Source of the DNA: Phyllosticta citribraziliensis
Lineage: Eukaryota
Length of the DNA stretch: 64,000 bases
Assembly (NCBI RefSeq): GCF_038025025.1
Contig: NW_027117344.1
Span: 930,001 to 994,000 of the forward strand
Direction: 5' to 3'
In this document: positions 14,370-26,131 of the stretch, piece by piece
Position numbering within the stretch: the stretch's first letter is position 1
Layout: every line of letters starts with the position of its first letter
The notes under the pieces: model-generated
Seen by the model: only the letters and a program-made list of their open reading frames with translations
Told to the model about the DNA's origin: nothing
Database searches by the model: none
Made by a program: the position numbers and the translations under genes

Positions 14370-16045
14370 CTATCCCGACTTTCTGGGACGCAAAACTGTG
14401 TGAACCCCTTTTTGAATGACAAACCACCTGTGGCGATGATCAGTATCATGTCGGCCGACCAAACACACAGCGGATTTCAGATTGGTCTCATGGAGACAGC
14501 TTGACTTACCGGCAGTCCTCAGTCCACTCAGCTTCTGGGTCCACAAGCTGCAAATCGTAGCGCATAAAGAGTGTCGGCACCAACTACCAAGTGTCAGAGG
14601 AATATCCGATTAAAGGGGGAAAAAAGTACCTTGGACATTTCCATCCAACTAATGTCTGAAATCTGTCAGCTGTAATCTCATGTTCTGATTGCACTCAATT
14701 TACTTCGTCCAATGCAAGTCCTCGCTCCTGACCCAAAGGCGAAAAAGAAGCGATGCATGTCGTCGCTCTTCTTCTCCAACCATCTCTCAGGGCGGAAAGC
14801 TTCAACATCTTGGCCGTAGACCTGCTCGTTCCGGTGGACGACCCAGGGGTTGACGCCAACGATGGTTCCAACAGGAATATATGTGCCATCGATCTCTGTC
14901 CCTCCAGGAGGCACGACACGGGGAAGACTCATTCCAACTGCAGGGTGCATTCGCAGTGCTTCGTACATGACCGCTTGGAGGTATGGCATGCTGTCGGCTT
15001 CAGCAAGGGTGAGAGGGTCGCTGATTTTACCCTGGCTGTAAAAATCGTCAATCTCGGCTACGAGCTTGCGCTTTACTTGCGGATTCTTGAGTACGTAGTA
15101 GATGATGGCGCGAGTTGAGATGGCCGTTGTATCACTTCCGGCGAAAATGTTGGACGAAGCCATGGAGACAAGGTCGTTATAGTCAAACTGCAGGGGCTTC
15201 TCCTTGTGGACGGTAAAGAGCTTGCTGAGAATATCCTTGCGGTCTGTTCCTCTGTCTTTGCGGCCTTCGGTTTCTCGCAGAGCAAATTGTCGAAGAGATC
15301 CATTGCGTGCAGTCAAGGCCAGGTGATTTCCAATCACGGGCTGCAGATAGTCGTGGAGCCAGAAGAGCCAAGGCACCTGTCCGACCCACGAAGCGGATTG
15401 AAGTGCGTTTTCAATGGCTTGGAACGAGCCGTCGTCGGCACCCACCTCCATGAACCCAAACGCTTTTGAAAAGGTGATTTCGCCAATGATGTCAAAGGCA
15501 AACAGTTGGACCCAGTTCCCCATGTCCACCGCTCTTCCCTGCCGCTCTTCCATTTTTCTCATGAACAATCCAATCGATTCGTTGACATATGGCTCGAGGT
15601 CCTTGAGTGCTTCCATGGAGTAAGCCCTGGCGACAAGGCGGCGATGCTGGCCATGAATGCCTTCATCTCGGCCAGCGAAAAGATCAAACTTGCGACGACC
15701 CTGCCAAACGCTGTACCAATCGCTCTTTTGGAATTTGGTCCCCGCGCCATAGATTTTCTTTATGGAGTTGAGATCCGCAACGCTGACCTCGTTTGGGCCT
15801 ATTCGGACAAGACTGCCATGTTTTGCGTGGAGCGCTATCATTGTCCGATGGAGGTCGCCCGTCCATGAGTGCTTTGTGATCCAGTATCTCGAAATGCTAG
15901 CCCAGAAAGGGCCAGGGATGCTGGCAAGAGGGGAAAAGAGGCGCTGGTAGACAACCCATGCTGCAAGCGATGCAAAAGTGGCGACAAGCAAAGCCACGGT
16001 CGTGTGGTTTGCGACTGAACAGTACAATTCATAGAGGAGAGCCAT
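14370..16045 (-). CDS. Cytochrome P450, pisatin-demethylase-like group; 3 introns near the 3' end
   Basis: N-terminal TM + IPGPFWA, VRIGPNEV, I-helix AGSDTT, EALR, FRPERW, heme FGSGARTCIG; spliced tail NISWMEMSK|LVPTLFMRYD...|WFVIQKG...SG*. Confidence 0.95.
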
Positions 16046-16814
16046 GTCTGGAGTTGGTTGTGAATGCGCAACTCTCAAGAACGAGCGCCAGTGTCCAATG
16101 TGTACGTCTCGGCATGTTCGAGATGTGGTCGTTAAGGTGAGGGGTCAAGACATGCAAGCTTCTCGTGTGCGGATATATCCACAGCGCCGGGATTATGCAG
16201 AAATCTGGGGTAGCTCGACGCTATCGACCAGTGGTTGCTGAGAAATGGCGGATTGTGGATTTGACGGCCATGACAAAGGCTGGGGGGGTGTGGGTTCGGT
16301 GGATTCGCTGCAATGGACGACGTTCGGTGGCCGAGGTAGTGCTTGGTAGGTTGACCTGTGGCTGATGCATGGCGAAACAAGGCGAGTGTGATTGGCCGAC
16401 GGGACGAGACGCAGCCCGATGAAGATGGGTGTTGTGGCTGGAGTGGTGGTCGAGTTGCCGTGTCCGCATTCCGCTATGGCTGACATGCCGACTCCAGAAT
16501 CCGGAGGACCCGTATGACGCCTGTGCGCCCCTTGCTCCCCGCACCATTCTCCCACAACTCGTTCGCGGCTACCGTTTCGGGTCCATCGTTTGCTACAGCG
16601 TCAATGGCCGATTTTTGTACCCCTACCTGCGCCACTTTGCCGAGCTTCCTTCGCTATGACGGCCTCATCACGTCCGCCTGCTGCCCTCCATCTGCCTTTT
16701 CCAGTTGCCGTGAGATAGTCCAAATATCGCATATTAAGCCTTTTCCCCTAACGCCTGTCTGTTCCTATACTCCTCCGCCGTCCTCCTTCCCCCCTCCCCT
16801 ACGGATAGCCCAAG
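16046..16814. promoter_or_regulatory. Bidirectional promoter between P450 and FAD monooxygenase with candidate Zn2Cys6 sites
   Basis: Head-to-head starts 769 bp apart; CGG-N3-CCG at 16325-16333 and 16566-16574, CGG-N5-CCG at 16502-16512, CCGAGG at 16331-16336. Confidence 0.5.
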
Positions 16815-18752
16815 ATGGAAAAGTACGACATTGTCATCGTCGGCGCTGGTCCCGTTGGACTGATGCTCGGATGCCAACTCCAGCGATGGGGCTACAAGAT
16901 CAAGCACATAGACAACCGGCCAGAGCCGACGCCCACAGGGCGTGCCGACGGCATTCAGCCTCGCTCACTGGACCTGCTCCGAAACATGGGGCTCAAGCGC
17001 AAGATAATGTCCCATGACCCGGCAAAGGTCTACGAAGTCGCATTTTGGGATCCCGGCGCGAATGGTATCCTCAGAACTGGGACGTGGGCAAGTTGTCCCG
17101 ACTTCATCGACGCTCGGTACCCTTTCACGACGCTGCTGCACCAAGGGTTGATCGAGCGAGCGTTCATTGAAGACATTGAGAAGAATGGCGGCCAGATCCA
17201 AAGACCATGGACCATCACCGCTTTTGAAAATGACGGTAAAGATCCAGAGTACCCGGTTTCTGTCAGCATAGCCCACGTCGATGGTGGAGCAAAGGAAGAC
17301 GTGCGAGCAAAATATCTCTTCAGCGGAGAAGGTGCAAGAAGTTTTATCCGAAATCAGCTAGGCGTGGAAATCCGGCACAAGGATCCAATCGCGCACGTAT
17401 GGGGCGTGATGGACGGCGTTGTCCAGACTGATTTCCCGGACATCAAGGTAATAGTCTCCTCGAAATCTTCGTAGCGGGGCTGACCTGTGCAGATGAAATG
17501 CACCATCCACTCCGATGCTGGATCAATCATGGTCATTCCTCGAGAAGACAACATGGTCCGCCTGTACATTCAGATTGCTTCGTCGACAGATCCGGACTGG
17601 AATCCACGGAAAACCGCGAGCGAAGAGGACGTCCAGAATGCGGCCAGGAAGATCATGACGCCCTACAACATCAAGTGGGATCGAGTCGAGTGGTACTCCG
17701 TCTATCCAATCGGCCAGGGCCTTGCAGATCGCTACACACTCGACGAGCGAGTCTTCATGGGCGGCGATTGCTGCCATACGCACAGTCCCAAAGCTGGCCA
17801 GGGAATGAATACGGCTTTCCTCGATGCGGCCAACTTGGCCTGGAAGATTCACTATGTCGAGTCCGGCGTTGCAAAGCGGGATACTTTGAAGACGTACGAA
17901 TCCGAGCGCCGCCTTATTGCGGAGAATCTCCTCAACTTTGATTCCAAATATGCCAAGCTCTTTTCATCGCGCATCCCCTCGAGCCACGAGGTCGGCGCTG
18001 CCAGCGCGCAGGCAAAGGGCCACAGTGCCGAAGAGAACGAGTTCGTCAAGACCTTCAAGGAGTCGTGTGAGTTCACTTCGGGATACGGCGTTGCGTACAA
18101 CTCCAACATCTTCAACTGGTCAAGCTCACACCCAGCGCGCTCGCCGCTGTTCCTCTCATACCAAAACGGCACGAAGCTTCGCACAGGTCGCATCCTCCAT
18201 AACGCGACCGTAACTCGCGTTGTCGACGCAAATGTGGTCCACCTGGAGCAGCAGATTCCGCTCAACGGTTCGTTCCGCATCTTCGTCTTTGGCGGCAAAC
18301 CGCAGCGCACAAAGGAAGCGCTGGCCGATTTCGCCGCCGCCCTCAACAAACGCAACAGCTTCCTGTCCGTGTTTGAGCGCAAGGACAAGGACTCGGTCTC
18401 GTACCACGAGCGCTACAACCCGCACTCGCACTTCTTCACCTTTGCCACCGTCTTTGCGGCACGAAGGAGCGAGATTGAAATCCTGGAGCTGCTGCCCGCC
18501 CTGCTGGCGCGCTACAAGGACTTGGTGTTTGCCGACGACATTACAGACGCGCGAGAGCCAACCGCAATCGCGGCGGCTCATGCAAAGATGGGGTTGAGCG
18601 ACGAGACGGGTGGTGTAGTCGTCGTCCGGCCGGATGGCTATGTTGGCGCGGTTGTCAAGCTGGTGGAAGGATCGGGCACTGTCGACGCCCTCAATGAGTA
18701 CTTTGACTCCTTTGTGGATAAACCGGTTGGAGGCGAGAGGGCGCAGCTGTAG
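16815..18752 (+). CDS. FAD-dependent phenol 2-monooxygenase family hydroxylase (resembles fungal p-hydroxybenzoate m-hydroxylase); intron 17448-17492
   Basis: GAGPVG FAD motif, [34 protein letters not shown]-terminal [10 protein letters not shown] dimerisation domain. Confidence 0.93.
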
Positions 18753-19268
18753 ATTTGTAGCGTGACGTGGGGGAGTTGAAGCAGTTGCATATTGGCGCGT
18801 TTTTAGCGGAATGTAAATCTTTCAAACGAGTTGTTTGTTGATGTTGCGACTGTCGAGAGAACGCTCATGTAGAGCGGGACGTGATGGTCATACGCATCGT
18901 GCTCTTGTTGCGAGACCTCTTCGCAGCTGGAGAATTCGCGATAAGCCATCATCGCCGCTGCTTCTTCATTTGCAGAGAAAATTTTGTCGGAAGCCAGCTG
19001 TGTGCGTCTCAGCCTGTGAAATCAGCTGGCATTTCTTCTTCTTCGGCAAACCCGTCTTCGATTCTGCTGAAAACATGGATAAAGTTGGAGACATTCGCTA
19101 GTAGGTAGGGCGGAAGAAAGATTTGGATGGTTGTGGCACCACCGAAAAACAGCACCCAAGCACCTCACGCAGCATGCCTTACGTCATCCATCGCTCTATC
19201 ATCCATGCCGCTTCAGCACAGACAAACACAATCACTCGACACCAAACGCTCTTCTATAGCCCCTGTTG

Positions 19269-20004
19269 ATGACATCCTTCGTCCGTTCCGCAGGGCCGCC
19301 CTCGCTGTGCGTAAAGCGCTTGATTCCGCTCGCACCGCGCGCAGCTCCAACTCCGTGTCCCGGCAGTCGCGGGGGCCCCAACTTCTTCAGCGCCAGCAGC
19401 CAATCGCGCCGCGCATACCGCAGCAGCAGCATCCAGATGGCGCCCAAATTCGCGCCAGGCTCCGACGAGAGCCTGTTGACGCAGCAGACGCAGCAGCTCG
19501 TGCAGGAGCGCGGGTGGGAGTTGGATCAGGAGGAGATGGGGCTGCGCAAGACGTTTGATTTCAAGACGTATACTAAGGCTTTGGTATGTGTTTTGTTATG
19601 CTCTGATCCGCCTGTAGGCCGCATGGCTCTGCGTTGTCTGTCCGAGGTGTCCTGACTTTCGGGTTGCGCTATGTAGGACTTTCTGAACATAATCGGCGTG
19701 AGGAGTAAATCTAGAAGCCACCATGCTACCATGACCATTGTAAGTCTGCACCTATCTAACACCTTCACCACCTCTCCTGCTATCTGAGTGGATGTGGCAA
19801 CATACGAAATCTTATCAGCAATCAAACTGATGCGAAAAGAAACCCTCCACCGTCGACGTGCACTGGACAACCCACGTGCCGCGCGGTCTCTCGTCCAAGG
19901 ACGTCGACATGGCGCGGTATTGCGACGAGCAGGCGGCGGAGATTGGCACCATTGATAAGGGCCAGGGCATGAATTGTCGAACAGGCAAAGCTTCTACTTC
20001 TTGA
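19269..20004 (+). CDS. Pterin-4-alpha-carbinolamine dehydratase/DCoH-family protein, probable mitochondrial presequence; introns 19584-19676, 19740-19839
   Basis: GWEL...GLRKTFDFKTYTKAL|DFLNIIG...HHATMTI|KPSTVDVHWTTHVPRGLSSKDVDMARYCD; alternative ATG at 19437. Confidence 0.8.
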
Positions 20005-20960
20005 TCAAATGGATGGATTCATAGTGTGCAGCTTATTCTTCAGTTGCTGCTTGGCTGTCTATCCCGAACGACGTGTTTTCCCGCATCCAACTTGACCACG
20101 GCAAAAACAACGACCAACTCCTCAGCTAAATCAGGTCCTTTCGCAAGTGCAATCCCCACCAAGCCGTCTTTCCTTCCTTCCTTCCCCCCCTTTTCCCACA
20201 ACTACATCAACTGGCCATCCCTCCGAAAGAAGCAGCCATTGACGTACGACCGGCGCGAATCGACGTCCGGCAGAAGCGGCGGTGGTGAAAGGGGGTAAAA
20301 GTCATCGTACGCATGACGTCGACGGCTTTTCACTTTTTCTTCGACAGCGACCGAGAGCCTCGTCGTCAGCTTCACGCTCTCTTTTTCTTTTGGGTCGCTT
20401 TTTGTTTTTCTTGGAGGAAAAGATCTAGAGGGAGGGTTGAGGAGCTAGATGGGTGTATTTTGCGAGTCAAGGTGCTAGGCAAACGCCTCCCGCGCCCGAG
20501 TACATTTTGGCAACGGATATGTCTGCTGAGGCGTGGGTGGTGCGTCGCGTCCCCCAGTGACGGGCGGGCCCAGAGCACCCTGCTGATTATTATCTGCCCC
20601 AGAGACGGATATGATGGAGATGAAATCTGGAAATGTGGTAGAAATTTTGGGGGGCTTGGGCACCCCCTTCATCACTTCCTCATCACGCCTGGTGAGGCGA
20701 GCGCTCCGCCACGATGCTGCGTCTGAGCAAGCAGCAGGAAGCGCACCGCCATCACGCAGGGACTCATACCGTGGACTAGATGGAGGGTGGAAATAGGTGG
20801 GCAGACACGAACGAGAACTAAGCCCGTGACTCACCCATGTCGTGGTCGTCGGCGTCTGCCTGCAAGGCGCCCGTCATGGTTTTGGCGTCGTCACGGCCAA
20901 TGTCGAGGTCCTGCTGGCTATCAGGTATCCGCGGGTTGTTCGTCTGTCGAGAAAAAGGAA

Positions 20961-22372
20961 TCAGCCATGGTGTTCAAGGGAGCATCCAAAAACCTTGCAC
21001 GTCACATCCGACGTCGGCGTGTAGTGGTGGTTGTGGTGGTGGTGCCGCACCGACAACAACTGCTTAGCCTGCTCTTTCATCCACTCCACGTAGCCGTCGA
21101 ACGCAAAGGGCGGGATGAGAGAAGGGCTTGGAGCTGTACTGACTTCTACCACCTTGTCGCCATCGACCCGCACCTCGTAGTCCCGGAGTTTCCGCATGAG
21201 GGCCAGGAAGTTGCTTTGCTGGAACTTTTCGCTTGTATCGTGCGATACGCTGTCAAGAAGCTGGCCCGCTGTCCGTGCTAGCTCTTCGTCCTCCTGGTTT
21301 GGCACGTGTTGTTGCTCCTGCTGGGCATCCTCTCTTGCATGCGTTTGCATAGCCTCCAACTCCCCAGCTACCTCCAGCTCCCTGGCCTCCAGCAAATCAG
21401 TCTCGAGTCGATATTGCTCGTTGATATTAGACGAGCTGAGGGATTTCAAAGCTCCGTCAGCATTTCTCTGGGCCTCGCTTTGTAGAAGCGCGTCGTGATC
21501 TTCCACGGTGTCTGCTGAAGCTCGGTCCAAGACTTCGCCAATCCCAAAGTCTATAGTCTCAGACGAACGAAACCCTCCAAGTGCGGCTTGCTCCTCTGTC
21601 TGCGCTCTTTCTAGTGCGTCTCTTGCTCCCAAGTCTTGGCTCTCGTGTGACGATCCAGTTTGCTCAGGTGCCCTCTGTGCTTCTTCAGCATTTAGCATAT
21701 CAGCGTGTGCTTGTTCGAATGCCTTTTCGAACGCCGCGTCATGCTGCGCCGTCTGAGCGAAGGGATCGTGCTGTTGGCCAGGTGCAGGCGAGTTCAGGCT
21801 TCCTTGCGCCGACATGAATGGTTGGTGTTGTTGTAGTGATCCATTTCCCCATCCCAGCGTCGGCGCGCCTGTGTACATGGAAGTACTTGGAGCATGCGAT
21901 ATCTGCCTCGAAGCTGGGGCCTGCGGTTGTTGCCGGAGAAAGTCGTTGCTCCATGACGTCGTGTGATTGTGGCTTGAAGCTTGAGGGTGGAAGCGATTTT
22001 GCTGGGAAATCATGGGTGGAGGCGGGGAGGAGACATGAAGTCGTTGGAAATCGGCGGCCCAGTCAGGAAGCCCAGCGGGGCCTGTGAGATTCGGCTGCGG
22101 GATGCTGTGCGGAGGCAAATGCATGCCCTCTTGCGGTCGACCCGCTTGAAAGGCTTCAAACTCGGGATCCAAGATTCCGGCATTTTGCGCAGAGTTCGAT
22201 CGGAAATTCTGGAGAAGCGTCAGCAGCGAAGGCAGAGAAGTCGGGTTGTGCGCCACACCTGCGACGGCGACGGTCGAGAGACGAGTCGGTCTTGCTGTAG
22301 AGTCCGATCTACAGAGCTGTGCTTCTGGAAGTTTTGGAGCGCATTCGACGGACCGCAAAGGGCGTCGGACAT
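20961..22372 (-). CDS. pex20: Peroxin Pex20 (PTS2 co-receptor); intron ~22210-22258; 3' end uncertain (read-through to 20961 or splice 21143-20944)
   Basis: N-terminal MSDALCGPSNALQNFQKH..DRTLQQDR (ubiquitinated Cys), WxxxF motifs (WAADF, WSNDF), Pex7-binding KFQQSNFLALMRKLRD.EV. Confidence 0.88.
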
Positions 22373-22681
22373 CGTGAGAAAAGATGACAAGATGAAGAAT
22401 GCAGGTTGGGTATCTCAGGCAGCGAAACAAAGTGAGCGTGGAGAAAGTGGTGGTTGTGAAGTAGAAACAAGCGCGGGAGGAATCCTGGTCGCTTGACCTC
22501 CGCCTAGGCCGAGGTCCATGATGCAACCCGGGCGAGGTAAACGATAACGATGCTAGTGACAACCGTCGAATCACCAACGTCCTCACTCTAATTTTGGCCT
22601 CCGACTATCACGACATGATTGCACTATGAATAAGAAGAACAGCAATTGGGAAAAATCTTTCAATTCGCTCTACTCTCTGTT

Positions 22682-24073
22682 TCACCTGAGCTCTGCAAAC
22701 CTCCTCCACTCAGGGTCCTCTCTGAGCCGATCCAACCGACTCTTTTCAACACCAACGTACACCTCCAATCCTCCGTCCGGCAGTCTTGGAAATACAGCTT
22801 CCAAGCACTGCAGCATACCCGTGACTGGAAGTCTCATGCTGTGAATCTTGCCGAGCGCGGTTCCCCAATCCAGGTCAAACACGGGGTAGTCTACCCAAGT
22901 CGTAAAGATGCAGCCAATCCCGGGCACGTTCAAGAATGCAGTCAGAGGGAGGCGGTGGACATCCTCCAGCTGTTCTACCAGCGACGCAATTTCATCGTAG
23001 TAGCTTTGTCTGCTCACATCCTGAAGGGTGCGTCTTATCGCCATGGCCAAATCCGCCAGAGATGCTTCCGTCAGCATCTTTCGAAGGTCCATGGTGGTGT
23101 GCGAAAGGGTCCAGAAGTTACCCAGCGTCTGCGGGTGTATGGGCACATGCATCCGCCTCCGCACATCCAAAGTCTCGGCCAGAATCGATTGCGGGTTGCC
23201 CTCCATGGTGTCCAGGTCGTGCTGAGCGCTCATGACGGTGCGCCAAATCAGGGCTGCCATGGCATCTGCTGTGGAGATGTATTCGGTTCGCTCCGACTTA
23301 GGGGTGATCTTTGCATTTTCAGGGGAAGCCTCCGCTTTGAGCTTTTCCACAGACTCTGGTGAAAAGTAAAACACGTCTCCGAGATGGTTGTCCGCTGCGA
23401 GGTTGGGCGGCAACTCTGTTGGCGTAAAAGGGATGTGCGTGAACTGGGGATGGTCTTCGAATTTTCCCGGATTCTTTCCTGTGCTCCTCAAGACTTTCTC
23501 TCTGTCACTCCAGTGGAGTTGGACAGGATCAGCGGTCGGGATTCCTTGGGCCCATCTGCACTCCTCGGCCCAAACCTTTGTCCATTCGTGGATGGTGGTT
23601 TGATCTGCCCAGGCGTGGAGGATGCACAAGCTCAGAATGACACCTCCGTTGATGAAATTAGGTCGGACAAAGGTCATGGGCATGCGCTCTCCTGGTGCAG
23701 GCCAGACTCCATGCGGGCAGAGGTCCTCAGCGCGGAAAGCAGAGGCCGGGAAGTGCTTGTCCTTCAGCTCCGAGAAGCTCGGAAAGTCTGCGCCGCGGAG
23801 GTCCTTGACGGTAAAATCTTCGATCTCGTCGCCATACTCACGAAGCTTCAACATGCTGCCTTGCTTGGACGACAAGTCGGGAACAGCCTCGCAGCCGAGT
23901 ATGGCGGAGCGGTTCTTGGTCGCCTGGTAGCCGCGGCGGAAGATATCTGACACGACGTCAATGTCATAGTCTTCGGCCAATTCGAAGACGTAGAAGTATC
24001 GTATCCATCCCTTGGGAAAGATTGGCTCGAGGGGAATGTTGGAAGGGGCAAAGTTCGGAGCGATTGAACCCAT
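22682..24073 (-). CDS. CoA-dependent O-acyltransferase (Tri101-like transferase family), intronless
   Basis: HxxxD motif LHAWAD after NFINGGVILSL, ISTADAMAALIWR, LGN, DFGWG-like DLDWG, PRLPDGGLEV, C-terminal L..DPEW; TATAAAAA at 24136-24143. Confidence 0.88.
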   Translation of the reverse strand: MGSIAPNFAPSNIPLEPIFPKGWIRYFYVFELAEDYDIDVVSDIFRRGYQATKNRSAILGCEAVPDLSSKQGSMLKLREYGDEIEDFTVKDLRGADFPSFSELKDKHFPASAFRAEDLCPHGVWPAPGERMPMTFVRPNFINGGVILSLCILHAWADQTTIHEWTKVWAEECRWAQGIPTADPVQLHWSDREKVLRSTGKNPGKFEDHPQFTHIPFTPTELPPNLAADNHLGDVFYFSPESVEKLKAEASPENAKITPKSERTEYISTADAMAALIWRTVMSAQHDLDTMEGNPQSILAETLDVRRRMHVPIHPQTLGNFWTLSHTTMDLRKMLTEASLADLAMAIRRTLQDVSRQSYYDEIASLVEQLEDVHRLPLTAFLNVPGIGCIFTTWVDYPVFDLDWGTALGKIHSMRLPVTGMLQCLEAVFPRLPDGGLEVYVGVEKSRLDRLREDPEWRRFAELR

Positions 24074-24817
24074 GTTGAGTGATTGAGGGCCTCGATTGAG
24101 TCGGTCGAGTTCACGACATTCCATAATAGCCCATCTTTTTATACTCGCAACTGGAAGAGGACATCCGAATGAGTTGCGAGGGCCGCGCGGAATCAAGTCA
24201 AATCTGGAAAGTCACCTCGCATATTGGGTGGGTTTAGGGGCCAAGAGTGATAGCAGCGGAAAGGGCTAAATCGCTGGCCAGTGGTAGTCGTCGGTAAGCA
24301 CATGTAGGCAGCAAGGGATCGTCCCAGCCAGCAAACGAATCAATACTTCTAGAAGCCCTTGACTGTTGAGATAAGAAGCTGTCGGTGTTTGATCAGGTTC
24401 AAGGCGTGGGCAGGGGGCGGCCGGACAGTGACTGCTGCAGAGTTCTTGAGCCATCTTCAGGGTCTCGGTAATCTGGTAATGGAAAAAGATGGTTCGGCCG
24501 AAGGGTGGAATCTTGTCAAAAGTGGGTCAGAGTGAGGGTGGTGCTTTCGCGGGCCGCCATTGCGGTTTTTTTGGGCTAACGGGCGAGGTGCCGCTGGTGG
24601 TCAAAGACATGAACAGGGCACCGCCAGTCTCGTAGATGATTCGGCCGGACGTCCGGTGGTTGATGTGTTTGCATCCAATAGAGTGGGTCAGAGGCAGTCT
24701 TCTCGCAGGCTTGCGTCGTTGTTGTTGCGAAGTCCGTCCCGTCTGGCCCGAGTGCGGCCTGAGGTGAGGTGCGGTGGGTGACTAAACATCTTGGCAAGTT
24801 TGCTCCATTTGCATCAT

Positions 24818-24846
24818 CCTGGTCCTGGTCCTGGTCCTGGTCCTGG
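24818..24846. repeat. Microsatellite (CCTGGT)n upstream of sec13
   Basis: ~5 tandem copies seen directly. Confidence 0.8.
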
Positions 24847-24915
24847 CATCCACAGCTTCCACGTTCACTGTTTGCGATTCAACACTATCCCATTTTCCGC
24901 CTCTCTTCCGCAATC

Positions 24916-26131
24916 ATGGTCAGTTCTCCTGGGTATTTCAATCTGAAGCTCTCTAACAAGTCCCAGGCGCAAGTAATTGCCAATTCCGGCCACGATGACA
25001 TGATCGTAAGCTATTCCAGTTGCTCCCGGACCCGCTGTCTCCTCCGCTGGACCTCCGCTAACCTTGTGCGCCTCTCAGCACGATGCGGTCCTCGACTACT
25101 ACGGCCGGCGGCTCGCGACATGCTCTTCGGACAAGACAATCAAGATATTCGAGGTCGAAGGCGACACACACCGCCTGACCGAGACCTTGAAGGGGTAAGA
25201 ACTGCCCATCTTCCGGGGCGCCGTGTGGTGTTATGGTACAGGTCTTGGGTTGACGCAATCGCAGCCATGAGGGCGCAGTCTGGTGTGTCTCATGGGTACG
25301 TCACTCTCCTATAAATCTGCCTGTGGTCATCATCTAACCACCAGCGTGTGTACACAGGCCCACCCCAAATACGGTAACATTCTGGCATCGGCCTCGTACG
25401 ACGGCAAGGTCTTCATTTGGCGCGAGCAAAACAACGCCTGGACAAGAGTCCACGTCTCCGAACTACACTCGGCGTCGGTGAACCTCGTCTCTTGGGCGCC
25501 CCACGACGCCGGCTGCATCCTCGCCTGTGCCAGCTCCGATGGTAACGTGTCGGTCCTCGAGTTCCGCGACGGTGCCTGGGCACACCAGATACTCCCCGCG
25601 CACAGTCTGGGCGTCAATGCCGTTTCTTGGGCCCCCAGCATCGCCCCGGGTGCCATTGCTTCGGCGCAACCCTCGCCCGGTCCGTTGAGGAGGTTCGTCA
25701 CTGGAGGTAGCGACTGCGCTGTCAGAATTTGGGAGTGGGATCCGGAAACGCAGACATATAGCAACACGAACACCCTGAGTGGGCATCAAGACTGGGTGCG
25801 CGATGTAGCGTGGAGCCCCACGGTGTTGAGCAAGGCCTACATTGCTAGCGCAAGCCAGGACAAGACGGTCAAGATTTGGACGAGCACGAACCCCAGTCTC
25901 GGTATGTCGATATTCTTGACATGATGTTGCGGAGCAGATGTCTTTGCTAACAACTCTCTGTTTACAGGCGACTGGCAGCACACCACCCTTACCTTCGACG
26001 CCGTAGCATGGCGCGCTTCGTGGAGCCTGAGCGGCAACGTCCTGGCCGTCAGCACCGGCGACAACAAGGTCAGCTTGTGGAAAGAGAAGCTAACGGGCGG
26101 ATGGGAGTGCATCAAGACGATTGACGAATGA
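24916..26131 (+). CDS. sec13: COPII/nucleoporin WD40 protein Sec13; 5 introns, first coding exon is the ATG alone
   Basis: [38 protein letters not shown]...[26 protein letters not shown]...[15 protein letters not shown]. Confidence 0.97.

Noticed and set aside
24916..24966. ATG-only first exon and tandem AAG/CAG acceptors in sec13
   Set aside because: Common in fungal genes; the AAG is too close to the branch point to be used.
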